The translations under genes and the position numbers were made by a program. A stretch of DNA of 64,000 bases from Flavobacteriales bacterium (GTDB lineage Bacteria; Bacteroidota; Bacteroidia; Flavobacteriales_D; JAUILH01). The notes under the pieces are model-generated. The model ran no database searches. It was not told the origin of the DNA and saw only the letters and a list, made by a program, of their open reading frames with translations. This document shows, piece by piece, positions 26,566 to 34,891 of this stretch. The stretch covers positions 923,652-987,651 of the forward strand of contig CAXRFO010000012.1 of NCBI GenBank assembly GCA_964230025.1, read 5' to 3'. How positions within the stretch are numbered: position 1 is the first letter of the stretch; every line of letters begins with the position of its first letter.

Positions 26566-27807
26566 ATGAAATTGAATAAACTATATCTATTTGCCCTACT
26601 CAGTGTATTTGTTTTCTCTTGTACAAGAGATTATGATGAGCCGCCAATTAAAGAAATTGCTTCAGGGCAAGTTGTAACTATTGCTGATCTTCAAGCGCGT
26701 CACGCTAACAATAATGGTCAAGCGATTAAATTTTCAGGAGATACAACCCTCTTTGCTGTGGTTACTATGGACGAGAGTACTGGAAATCTCTATAAGAATG
26801 TTTACATCCAGGATGGAACAGGAGGAATTAATGTAAGGCTTGTTAGCACAGGTGGACTTTACGAAGGAGATTCTATTAGAATTAACCTGAATGGAGTTAT
26901 TCTTGACGATTTCGATGGAGTTTTGCAGTTGGATTCTGTTGATGTAGATGAAAACATTGTAAAGCAAGCTACAGGAGTTACAGTTGCTCCACAGGTTGTT
27001 ACCTTACCTCAGGTAAGTACAAGCCTAGTTAATACCCTGGTTAAAATTGAGAACGTTGAGTTTGAATATACAGAATGGGGTAACACATATGCAGACGCTG
27101 CAAACCTGCAATCAGAGAACAGAATCCTAGTGGATTGTAATGGAAACCAACTGATAGTTAGAACGAGTGGATACGCCAATTTTGCTGATGACTTGTTACC
27201 TACAGGAAATGGAAGCATTATTGGAGTGGTTGGTAAATTTGGATCGGATATGCAGTTGTATGTTCGCCGTCCATCGGAAGTTGCTTTAACCGCATCTACT
27301 TGCCAGCCTACTTTTTATGAAGTAAATGATTTTAGTGGAGCAACAATAACTGCAGGGGGATGGCAAGTGTTTACTCCAGTTGGATCTGGTTTTCAATGGT
27401 CAACTTCTGACCAAGGCTCATCCGGTAATTTCTATGCTGTAGCAAGTGGTTATAACGGATCAAATAATAATACAGAACAGTGGTTGGTTAGTCCTGCTGT
27501 TGACTTGAGCGCTAGCTCATTTCCTATTGTTAACTTTAGAAATGCCTATAACTACAGCGGACCCGCGTTAGAATTCTTGGTTTCTACAGACTGGGACGGG
27601 GTTTCAGATCCATCAACTCAGGGAACATGGACAGATTTAAGTTCAAATGCAACATGGTCGACTGGAGGCTTTTCTTGGGCAAATTCAGGTGACATTGACT
27701 TGAGTGCTTATAAGCAATCAGGTGTTTATTTTGCTTTCCGTTATACATCTACAACATCAGGTGGTAGTACCTGGGAAGTGGATGACTTTACAGTAACTGA
27801 ATTATAA
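26566..27807 (+). CDS. Surface lipoprotein: N-terminal DUF5689-like / OB-like module plus a C-terminal choice-of-anchor-J-like beta-sandwich
   Basis: Lipobox VFVFSC. 2-nt gap after the transporter gene. The C-terminal ~155 aa are paralogous to the N-terminus of the next gene (WSTSDQGS, GNFY, GPAL, SDPS.QGTWTD, DLSAY, TWEVDD). Confidence 0.7.
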   Translation: MKLNKLYLFALLSVFVFSCTRDYDEPPIKEIASGQVVTIADLQARHANNNGQAIKFSGDTTLFAVVTMDESTGNLYKNVYIQDGTGGINVRLVSTGGLYEGDSIRINLNGVILDDFDGVLQLDSVDVDENIVKQATGVTVAPQVVTLPQVSTSLVNTLVKIENVEFEYTEWGNTYADAANLQSENRILVDCNGNQLIVRTSGYANFADDLLPTGNGSIIGVVGKFGSDMQLYVRRPSEVALTASTCQPTFYEVNDFSGATITAGGWQVFTPVGSGFQWSTSDQGSSGNFYAVASGYNGSNNNTEQWLVSPAVDLSASSFPIVNFRNAYNYSGPALEFLVSTDWDGVSDPSTQGTWTDLSSNATWSTGGFSWANSGDIDLSAYKQSGVYFAFRYTSTTSGGSTWEVDDFTVTEL

Positions 27808-27834
27808 TTTTACAACTTACAAAAACAACAGAAT

Positions 27835-29217
27835 ATGAAAACAACTTTACTTATTGCTGGAATGATCATGGGGGCAAGTGCAATTGCACAGTACCTTCCA
27901 TTGAAAGACTTCCAAGATCAATCTGTCACCTCTGGTGGGTGGACAACACAAGTGGTAATCGCACCTCCAACATCTAGTCCTGGAGACTGGTCAACTTCTG
28001 ACCAAGGTTCTACGGGGAACTTCTACGGAAAAGCAACAGGATGGAATGGTACTGCTGCAGAAGATTCAGAAATGTGGTTAATCTCACCATCAATGGATTT
28101 AACTACTGCAACTCAGCCAACACTTGAGTTTAGAAATGCTACTAATTTTAATGGGCCAGCTTTGCAATTATTAATATCCACTGATTATGATGGAACGTCT
28201 GATCCATCGGTTCAGGGTACATGGACTGACATTAGTGGATCAGCAACATGGTCTGCTGGTGGATTTGCGTGGACTCCAACTTCAGTTGATTTGAGTGCAT
28301 ATGCTGGTACGGGTAATGGTATGGTGTATATCGCGTACAAATATACCTCAGCAGCTGCAAGTGGAGCAGCAACTTGGGAGGTTGATGATATTATGGTAGA
28401 TGAGTTTAGCGCTCCTACTACAACTTCTATTTACGATATTCAATTTACAACCAATCCATCAGGTGACTCACCAGAAGATGGGAATGTTGTATTGACAGGA
28501 GGTATTGTTACTGCACATCATGCAAATGGTTACTATATCCAAGCTGGTACAGGACCTTTTTCAGGGGTATATGTACAAGATAACATGAATGCTGTTTCAA
28601 GAGGTGACTCTGTTACCTTAAGTGCTACAGTAAACGAATTCTTCAATTTTACACGTTTAGAAAATGTTACTGGATTTACAGTAGTATCTTCAGGTAACAA
28701 TGAGCCTGCAGCAACAAACATTCCTAACACAGGAGATGTAAATGCCGAGCAATATGAAGGTGTTAAGGTGATGACGACAGGAGAAGTAACTAATGATAAT
28801 TATGGCTTTGGAATGTTCCAAATTTTCGATAATAGTACGGATTCAACTTTGGTTGATGATGTAATTTACCAATACATTGCTACAAACGGGCAAGTATTGC
28901 AAGTTACGGGTGTGGTTGAGTATTCTTTTAGCGAATACAAGATTCTTCCAAGAGACGCAAATGACATTACAGACGTTACTTCTGTTGAGGAATTAATTCG
29001 TGTGAACCTTGAGGTTTACCCGACTATAACATCTACATCTGTTACCGTTGAGGCTTCAAACAATGCAGCTTACCAGGTGGTTGATATGACAGGTAAAACA
29101 GTGCAGAGTGGAAGCTTGGTAAATGGTTTTAATACAATTAACTTAGAATCATTAAGCACAGGAATTTACTTTATTAAAGCTAACAATGCTCCAACCGTTA
29201 AGGTTATGAAGCAGTAA
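27835..29217 (+). CDS. T9SS-sorted surface protein: N-terminal choice-of-anchor-J-like domain, central OB-like module (ExeM/NucH N-terminal-like), C-terminal T9SS sorting domain
   Basis: Signal peptide ending AIAQ. Central IYDIQF...VVLTGGIVTA...NGYYIQ...SGVYVQ...GDSVTLSATVNEFFNFTRL. C-terminal LEVYPTITS...GIYFIKA. Confidence 0.7.
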   Translation: MKTTLLIAGMIMGASAIAQYLPLKDFQDQSVTSGGWTTQVVIAPPTSSPGDWSTSDQGSTGNFYGKATGWNGTAAEDSEMWLISPSMDLTTATQPTLEFRNATNFNGPALQLLISTDYDGTSDPSVQGTWTDISGSATWSAGGFAWTPTSVDLSAYAGTGNGMVYIAYKYTSAAASGAATWEVDDIMVDEFSAPTTTSIYDIQFTTNPSGDSPEDGNVVLTGGIVTAHHANGYYIQAGTGPFSGVYVQDNMNAVSRGDSVTLSATVNEFFNFTRLENVTGFTVVSSGNNEPAATNIPNTGDVNAEQYEGVKVMTTGEVTNDNYGFGMFQIFDNSTDSTLVDDVIYQYIATNGQVLQVTGVVEYSFSEYKILPRDANDITDVTSVEELIRVNLEVYPTITSTSVTVEASNNAAYQVVDMTGKTVQSGSLVNGFNTINLESLSTGIYFIKANNAPTVKVMKQ

Positions 29218-29239
29218 GCTTACTGAAATGAATAGGAAA

Positions 29240-29268
29240 AGCTCAATCTTTGGATTGGGCTTTTTTTG
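29240..29268 (+). terminator. Rho-independent terminator closing the transporter unit
   Basis: AGCTCAATC (29240-29248) pairs with GATTGGGCT (29253-29261), followed by TTTTTTT. Confidence 0.7.
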
Positions 29269-29290
29269 TGCCATTTTCTTTTGTCTATGC

Positions 29291-29311
29291 TCAATAGAGA
29301 TTATCTATTGA
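29291..29311. promoter_or_regulatory. Palindrome TCAATAGA-GATTA-TCTATTGA just upstream of the sod promoter (candidate regulator site)
   Basis: 8-bp perfect inverted arms. It ends 8 nt before the putative -33 TTG. Confidence 0.3.
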
Positions 29312-29318
29312 TATTTCC

Positions 29319-29348
29319 TTGGTCAAAATTCATAGAATAGTATATTTG
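29319..29348 (+). promoter_or_regulatory. Promoter of the superoxide dismutase gene: TTG (29319-29321), 19-nt spacer, TATATTTG (29341-29348)
   Basis: Matches the -33/-7 Bacteroidetes consensus and spacing. ATG is 37 nt downstream. Confidence 0.5.
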
Positions 29349-29385
29349 TTTAGAATCAAATTGTTAAATCTTAAAACTAAAAAAT

Positions 29386-29994
29386 ATGTCATTCGAATTA
29401 CCGGCTTTACCATATGCACATGATGCATTGGAACCACACATTGATGCTAGAACGATGGAAATTCATCATGGGAAGCATCACAACGGATATACCTCAAAAT
29501 TAAATGCCGCTATTGAAGGAACTGATCTAGCTGGAAAATCTATTGAAGATATCTTAACTAATTTGGACATGAATAATGGCGCTGTTAGAAATAATGGTGG
29601 AGGATACTTCAATCACTGCCTGTTTTGGGAAGTGATGTCACCAAATGGTGGTGAGCAACCTTCTGGTGAATTAGCAGATGCAATTAATGCGGCTTATGGA
29701 AGTTTTGATGCGTTTAAAGAAAAGTTCAGCTCAGCTGCTGGAACTCGCTTTGGATCTGGGTGGGCATGGCTTTGTGTACATGCAGGTGGAAAAGTTGAGG
29801 TTTGTTCTTCTCCTAACCAAGATAACCCGCTAATGCCGGGTGTTGGATGCGGAGGCTATCCTATTTTAGGATTAGATGTATGGGAGCATGCATACTATCT
29901 AAACTACCAGAATAGAAGACCTGATTATGTATCGGCCTTCTTCAATGTGATCAATTGGGATAAAGTTTCTGAACTTTATGCTAAGCATAAATAA
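29386..29994 (+). CDS. Fe/Mn superoxide dismutase
   Basis: [40 protein letters not shown] signatures. Confidence 0.95.
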   Translation: MSFELPALPYAHDALEPHIDARTMEIHHGKHHNGYTSKLNAAIEGTDLAGKSIEDILTNLDMNNGAVRNNGGGYFNHCLFWEVMSPNGGEQPSGELADAINAAYGSFDAFKEKFSSAAGTRFGSGWAWLCVHAGGKVEVCSSPNQDNPLMPGVGCGGYPILGLDVWEHAYYLNYQNRRPDYVSAFFNVINWDKVSELYAKHK

Positions 29995-30385
29995 GATTGA
30001 GTTTAAAATTTTAAGCCGCCTTCTTTTAGGCGGCTTTTTTGTTTTCTTTTCGCAAGGACTGAAAGCACAAGATACTTTGTATATGAACAAAGTACAAAAT
30101 ATGGAAGAGTTATCCTCTTCTAAGCTTAGAGCTAAAATTGTAAAAGTAGTTCATAAAATTTCCAAGGGAAATGAGAAGCTTGAAGCAACACTTTTAGCAA
30201 TTACCTTAGGAGCATTTGGAGTTCATAGACTTTATCTGGGGACAAAACCTGTTGTGCCTGTTTTTTATTGCCTTACGTTAGGTGGAGGCTTCTATATCCT
30301 GACGCTTATTGATGTCGGTGTTATCCTTTTCTCAAAGGATCTTGAAAAATACAAGGACAATGATAAAATTGTCATGTGGTTGTGA
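29978..30385 (+). CDS. TM2 domain-containing membrane protein (start ambiguous: ATG 29978 or ATG 30083)
   Basis: TM2 signature [17 protein letters not shown] plus a second helix. The long form overlaps sod by 17 nt and contains the sod terminator. The short form starts 3 nt after a near -7 box (TACTTTG). Confidence 0.7.
   Translation: MLSINKIEFKILSRLLLGGFFVFFSQGLKAQDTLYMNKVQNMEELSSSKLRAKIVKVVHKISKGNEKLEATLLAITLGAFGVHRLYLGTKPVVPVFYCLTLGGGFYILTLIDVGVILFSKDLEKYKDNDKIVMWL
30013..30041 (+). terminator. Rho-independent terminator of the sod gene
   Basis: AAGCCGCC (30013-30020) pairs with GGCGGCTT (30029-30036), with T-run to 30040. It lies inside the long version of the next ORF. Confidence 0.65.
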
Positions 30386-30394
30386 CGGTTTTAA

Positions 30395-31630
30395 CTACTT
30401 TAAGTCCTCACACTTGAAAACTTGCTTTCTTAAAAAAGGGTATAAATTAGAATTATTTACTTTTTTTGTAACCTCATTTTCTATATTAATTTCAAATCCC
30501 CATCGTTTTTTAGAAAAAATTTCTAAATAGCTATTTTTGTTGTTTTCTTGACAATCGCACAACTTTTTAGCGAAGGCTTTGAAGTATCTTTCCTCTGGGT
30601 AAAAGGGTGCTTCCACATCTTTGATTACCCAATTATCCAAATAAACCTCTCCACGTTGGGTTCTTTCATTAAAAACAGATACATCTGTGCTCATTGCACT
30701 TTTCGAATCGGTAATGCAACTGCAACCTTCCTCAGCGTCAAATGAGAAAATAGCGAATGAGTTCTGTCCTGAGTATAAACTCCCACTCAAGTGACTGTCC
30801 CAATACCCAAATGGGAAAAGAAGTGGAGCGATTCCCACTAGGATATAAATGGGGTAGAATTTCTTTTGAATAATTGCCTTGCTGTCCCATCTGGTAGTGT
30901 TTATCGATAGGTAAATCAATAATCCTATCAACATCAAATTCCAGGGCCATACAACCAGGTTAAAGTTATGTCCAAAAGGTCCAAGGGCAAGCAGAAGAAA
31001 GAGATGCATAAAAACAGGAGCAAGATATGCCCACCATTTTCGGCTGAATATGATCAACACAAGTCCACCTAGTAACTCAAAAAAGGCAGCCAATTTGGCA
31101 CCCCAAAGTTCAGGCGGAATTATCCCTTCAGTTTGAGCCTTTATTAATTGTTCGGTACTTAACTTTAGTGTGTTCTCATCAAATGCTTGCCAAAGCCAAG
31201 GATAAATTTCTACGGCAAAAAATACATTGAACTTTTGTAAACCGCTCCAAGCATAGGTAAGCCCTAAAATGAGAATAATGGCCCTTTTTGCAGAAACAAC
31301 CTCTGTAAACACAAGGTATCCCATGATAAAAAGGTGAATATATAACCAAGGTTGTAGCCGAGTTACATCCGATAGGATAAGTATAACAAAAGCTGTTAAT
31401 CCTATAAGGTAAAAAAAGCGTTCCCGATATATTATGGCAAGACCTAAGGAGCAAAGTCCTAGGCAACTAAAAAACAAGGCCCAAGCTCCTAAGCCAATCT
31501 CTATGCTCGTAAAAAAGGGGATTTCTGGGACATCTCGGCTACCAAAGCCCCAAAGTGCACCAGAAACTAGAATACAAGCTAAAATACCTACATAATTTAT
31601 TAGGTAAAGTATTTTAGCTTGTTGACTCAT
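30395..31630 (-). CDS. Hypothetical polytopic membrane protein with a C-terminal soluble domain carrying two CxC motifs
   Basis: About 8-9 hydrophobic helices in the first ~300 aa. C-terminal EEGCSC ... KKLCDC. I recognise no family. Confidence 0.6.
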   Translation of the reverse strand: MSQQAKILYLINYVGILACILVSGALWGFGSRDVPEIPFFTSIEIGLGAWALFFSCLGLCSLGLAIIYRERFFYLIGLTAFVILILSDVTRLQPWLYIHLFIMGYLVFTEVVSAKRAIILILGLTYAWSGLQKFNVFFAVEIYPWLWQAFDENTLKLSTEQLIKAQTEGIIPPELWGAKLAAFFELLGGLVLIIFSRKWWAYLAPVFMHLFLLLALGPFGHNFNLVVWPWNLMLIGLLIYLSINTTRWDSKAIIQKKFYPIYILVGIAPLLFPFGYWDSHLSGSLYSGQNSFAIFSFDAEEGCSCITDSKSAMSTDVSVFNERTQRGEVYLDNWVIKDVEAPFYPEERYFKAFAKKLCDCQENNKNSYLEIFSKKRWGFEINIENEVTKKVNNSNLYPFLRKQVFKCEDLK

Positions 31631-31635
31631 TGATT

Positions 31636-33687
31636 TTACCAGATAACTGCAATGTTATCTTCATTTTGTCTCATAGGGCTTCCTTCCGGAATATTGAATG
31701 CTTCAAAAAATTCTGGCATATTAGATAAAGGGCCATTAACTCTGTATTTACCTGGCGAATGAGGATTGGTATTAACCTGCAAATTCATAGCCGCATCTGT
31801 GTAATTTGATTTCCAAATCTGTGCAAACGCTAGGAAGAAACGTTGCTCAGGACTAAAGCCTTTAACTGCCACTTGTGGTTTCCCTTTTTGTGACTCTTTC
31901 CAAGCATAATAGGCTATGGTTAGCCCTCCAAAATCAGCAATATTCTCACCAAGTGTTAATCGTCCATTAACATATAAACCAGGCAATGCTTCAAAGCCAT
32001 TAAATTGATTAACTAATTTATTCGTACGCTCATTAAATTGAACCATATCTGCTTCTGTCCACCAGTTTTCAAATTGACCTGCAGCGTTAAATTGAGCACC
32101 CTGATCGTCAAATCCGTGCGTAAATTCATGGCCAATTACGGCACCCATTCTTGCATAGTTTACTGCATCTTCAACATTTTCGTCGAAGAAAGGAGGCTGC
32201 ATAATTCCGGCTGGAAAAACTATTTCAGTTTGTAAAGGGTTGTAATAAGCGTTAACCATATGTGGAGGCATTCCCCACTTGCTTTTATCAATAGGTTCGT
32301 TTAATTTTTTAGTGTTTTTTGTAATGGAATACTTATCCAACATTAGACTGTTTTGTGCATAAGAGTTTCTTGTAATAGTTAATCCTTCATATGATTTCCA
32401 CTTATCTGGATACCCTAGTTTTCGTGTAAAGGCATTCATTTTTTCAATGGCCTTCTCCTTGGTCTCTTCACTCATCCAACCCAAATCCTTGATTCTTTTT
32501 CGGTATACGATGGTCAAATTATCCACCATCTCATTCACTTTTGCCTTGGCCTCAGGAGAAAATGATTTATTCACGAACAAATGCCCAAGTGCTTCCCCTA
32601 ATTCATTTCCAGTTAACTTGTCAATGCCTCTTTCAAGCATTTCTTTTTGTTTTTTCTGACCAGAAATTTTTGTTCCGTAAAATGCAAATTGCATGGCTTC
32701 CATATCTGTTGTCATTACACTTCCTAAGCTATTAAGAACTTTAAATTGAAGGTAATTTTTAACGTTCTCAATGTCGTAGGTTTTTGCAACTGACATGAAC
32801 CCCTCTATAAATTTGGGTTGCATTGCAATTAGCGTATCAAAGCTTGCGTATCCTCTCAATTTATAGTACTCATCCCACTTAAATTTTGGAAATTCTTCTT
32901 TGAATTTTCTATAGCTAATTGGGTTGTACATTAAAGCAATGTTTCTTAACTCCGTTGAGTTCATACTGAGCATTGCTAAGGAATATTCCAATTCATAAAT
33001 TTGTTGAATTTCCTCTTCAGTTTTCGTTAAGCCGGACAATTTGAACATATCCTGAATATAAGCGCGATAAGCACTTTGAATACTTTTAGAGGCATCATCT
33101 GTCTTCGTATAATAGTCCTTGTCTGGAAGTGAAATACCACCTTGTCCTAGATAAACACTGTGTTTAGTATTTACTTTTAGATCTTGTTCAACGCCTACCT
33201 CAAAAAAACCACCAACCCCGTAGTTGTGGAGTTCTGCAAGTACTGTGTGTAATTCATCTAAGGATTTCATGGCATCTATTTTTTGCATGAAAGGCTCCAT
33301 AGCCTTATATCCTTCACTATTTCTTTGATCTGTGTTTGAGAAAGTAAAATAGTAATCCCCAACCAGTTGTTCCTCAGTACCAGGTTCATTTTTAGATGCA
33401 GAGATTTCCAAAAGAATTTCCTTCAAAATCTTATTGTTTCTATCCTGAACCTCATCAAAACTTCCAATTTTTGTTTTGGAATCAGGTACGGGATTATTTT
33501 GCACCCAATTACCATTTGCATATTGGTAAAAATCTTCAGAAGGATTTACACTGGTATCCATATAGGAAAAGTCTAAAGTATTTACCGTTCCTTCAGGTAA
33601 GTTAATGTCTGGGTTTTTTGTGTCAGTCAGCCCTGAACAGGCAGTTAAAACAACTGAACTTAAAAGTAGTATGTGTTTATTTTTCAT
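31636..33687 (-). CDS. M13 family zinc metallopeptidase (PepO / endothelin-converting-enzyme-like) lipoprotein
   Basis: HEFTHGFD (HExxH) and GENIADFGG. The ATG at 33687 gives lipoprotein signal MKNKHILLLSSVVLTAC. Confidence 0.9.
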   Translation of the reverse strand: MKNKHILLLSSVVLTACSGLTDTKNPDINLPEGTVNTLDFSYMDTSVNPSEDFYQYANGNWVQNNPVPDSKTKIGSFDEVQDRNNKILKEILLEISASKNEPGTEEQLVGDYYFTFSNTDQRNSEGYKAMEPFMQKIDAMKSLDELHTVLAELHNYGVGGFFEVGVEQDLKVNTKHSVYLGQGGISLPDKDYYTKTDDASKSIQSAYRAYIQDMFKLSGLTKTEEEIQQIYELEYSLAMLSMNSTELRNIALMYNPISYRKFKEEFPKFKWDEYYKLRGYASFDTLIAMQPKFIEGFMSVAKTYDIENVKNYLQFKVLNSLGSVMTTDMEAMQFAFYGTKISGQKKQKEMLERGIDKLTGNELGEALGHLFVNKSFSPEAKAKVNEMVDNLTIVYRKRIKDLGWMSEETKEKAIEKMNAFTRKLGYPDKWKSYEGLTITRNSYAQNSLMLDKYSITKNTKKLNEPIDKSKWGMPPHMVNAYYNPLQTEIVFPAGIMQPPFFDENVEDAVNYARMGAVIGHEFTHGFDDQGAQFNAAGQFENWWTEADMVQFNERTNKLVNQFNGFEALPGLYVNGRLTLGENIADFGGLTIAYYAWKESQKGKPQVAVKGFSPEQRFFLAFAQIWKSNYTDAAMNLQVNTNPHSPGKYRVNGPLSNMPEFFEAFNIPEGSPMRQNEDNIAVIW

Positions 33688-34126
33688 TCTTGTATAACAT
33701 TTCAGTATGAGGTATGCCATCTTCTAAATATGACTTTCCCGTACTTTTGAATCCGTGAAATTCGTAAAATTTAATGAGATAATCTTGGGCAGAAATACGA
33801 ATGTTAGAATTACCGTATAAACGGACAATTTCATCCATAACAAAAGACATCAAGCTATGTCCTAGTCCTTTTTTTCGATACGCTTGGTTAACCAGTACCC
33901 TTCCAATCGAAATCTCCTTATAAGATAATCCTGCGGGCAGTAACCGTGCATATGCAAGTATCTCTTTACCACTTTTTAGATAACAGTGTATTGATTCTGT
34001 ATCCTTTCCATCTAACTCAGGGTATGGGCAATTTTGTTCAACAACAAAAACATTAATCCGTTGCCTCAAAATTTCGTGAAAGTCCAACTTTGAAAGTTCA
34101 TTAAAGTTTCTTGAGTATTTTTCCAT
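33677..34126 (-). CDS. elaA: GNAT family N-acetyltransferase, ElaA-like
   Basis: RQRINVFVVEQNCPYPELDGKD, AYARLL, IGRVLV, QDYLIKFYEFHGF, EDGIPHTEM match the ElaA pattern. Confidence 0.8.
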   Translation of the reverse strand: MEKYSRNFNELSKLDFHEILRQRINVFVVEQNCPYPELDGKDTESIHCYLKSGKEILAYARLLPAGLSYKEISIGRVLVNQAYRKKGLGHSLMSFVMDEIVRLYGNSNIRISAQDYLIKFYEFHGFKSTGKSYLEDGIPHTEMLYKNEK

Positions 34127-34887
34127 TAGAACTTATCGTATACCAATATTAGAAATATATAGGCCGGAATTAATAAAGCCACATATGGCGCATATTTATC
34201 GTTGTTGGTGTATTTGAGCTTCTTTCTATAGTTAAAGCTTTTGAGTCTATTCTTCATATGTGCCCTGTTGAAATAGGTAAATATAACTCCAACTGCTAAA
34301 CAGCTTAGGAAGGGGACAAGTCCATGATAAACAGCTTGGCTATAGCTTATTTCACCCCGCAAATAGAATTGCAGAAAGATCATAAAAATCGGCAGTATGA
34401 TAGCGATTAGAGCCGCATTTAAGCGTAAAAACTTGTAATAATCCTCAAACATTGATCTAGTTTTAATTCTTCTCGCTTCCAGTAAAGAATAAAAAACTAC
34501 GGGGACAAAGGCCCAAATAATTCCTGTTGTGCCAGGACTAAAAAGTTCAAAATAATAGGTAATGGAACCGTAAACTATTATGGTAATGCCTATTAATACC
34601 AAATAGCGCCAGGAACCAAGTATTTTTTCTAAGTATGTACCCAGCACAAATAGGAAGTAAACGTTGATAAAAAAGTGCAGCCATTCTGTATATGCAATTT
34701 GCGAAAAGCCTTGATAGAATATAAAGCCAAATCTTCTAAAGAAATGGATTTCGTTATTCAGCACATCAAAAATCCCTTGCAGCTTGGGAAACATTTTGAC
34801 ACCAATCAACACACAAAACATTACTCCAGTTAGAATAAATGTTATGACAGTTTTTTTATTGTCTGTACTCCTTAATTCTTCATACAT
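34126..34887 (-). CDS. Rhomboid-family membrane protein homologue with Thr at the catalytic Ser position (possible pseudoprotease)
   Basis: TM2-like WLHFFINVYFLFVLGTYLEKILG (HxxxN). GTTG (res 119-122) sits where rhomboids have GxSG. Candidate His in AVYHGLVPF. Confidence 0.5.
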   Translation of the reverse strand: MYEELRSTDNKKTVITFILTGVMFCVLIGVKMFPKLQGIFDVLNNEIHFFRRFGFIFYQGFSQIAYTEWLHFFINVYFLFVLGTYLEKILGSWRYLVLIGITIIVYGSITYYFELFSPGTTGIIWAFVPVVFYSLLEARRIKTRSMFEDYYKFLRLNAALIAIILPIFMIFLQFYLRGEISYSQAVYHGLVPFLSCLAVGVIFTYFNRAHMKNRLKSFNYRKKLKYTNNDKYAPYVALLIPAYIFLILVYDKF

Positions 34888-34891
34888 ACTG

